Positions 63,974 to 64,000 of a stretch of DNA of 64,000 nt are shown in pieces. Numbering within the stretch: position 1 is the stretch's first letter; every line of letters starts with the position of its first letter. This stretch comes from a virus (Duplodnaviria > Caudoviricetes), in IMG/VR virus record IMGVR_UViG_3300012203_000001, positions 1,085 to 65,084 of that record, one strand, 5' to 3'. A model generated the notes under the pieces. It was not told the origin of the DNA. It did not search any database and saw only the letters and a list, made by a program, of their open reading frames with translations. The position numbers and the translations under genes were made by a program.

Positions 63974-64000
63974 CCACCGACGATCGCTTGCCGCGAGGGA

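Larger units (their letters stand above)
1..64000. mobile_element. Temperate tailed phage (siphovirus-like) genome carrying a conjugation module
   Basis: Packaging, head, tail, lysis, replication, integrase and attP modules are all present; no host housekeeping genes anywhere in the window. Confidence 0.9.

Overview
The window reads as an essentially complete ~64 kb temperate tailed-phage genome that also carries a ~20 kb conjugation module. Phage part: terL, Mu-like portal/gpF/protease, capsid, tail tube, tape measure, BR0599/NlpC-P60/tail-tip genes, lysis genes, a recombination/replication arm, two DNA methyltransferases, and a tyrosine integrase with an intact attP matching the 3' half of tRNA-Pro(GGG). 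Conjugation part (0.7-20.6 kb): pilin, VirB3-, VirB4-, VirB5-, VirB6-, VirB8-, VirB9- and VirB10-like genes, SSB, a VirD4-type coupling protein and a MOB-F (TrwC-type) relaxase-helicase. The tra operon has no integrase or Rep of its own, is interleaved and translationally coupled with phage-type genes (HNH-AP2, endonuclease VII-like, Lar), and would lie between terS (window end) and terL if the molecule is circular. The best candidate for a new system is therefore a dual-mode 'conjugative prophage' able to spread both as a virion and by T4SS transfer, probably in a Verrucomicrobiota (Chthoniobacterales-like) host. Secondary oddities: VirB6 with an inserted 3D-like domain, a ClpB-D2-only ATPase and no VirB11, a repeated tra operator, a non-canonical tRNA-like cloverleaf, a stand-alone ethylene-receptor-like domain, a dual-frame C5 methyltransferase, a GH46 lysin and a GH43 tail protein. 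All family calls come from motif recognition by eye; no database search was run.
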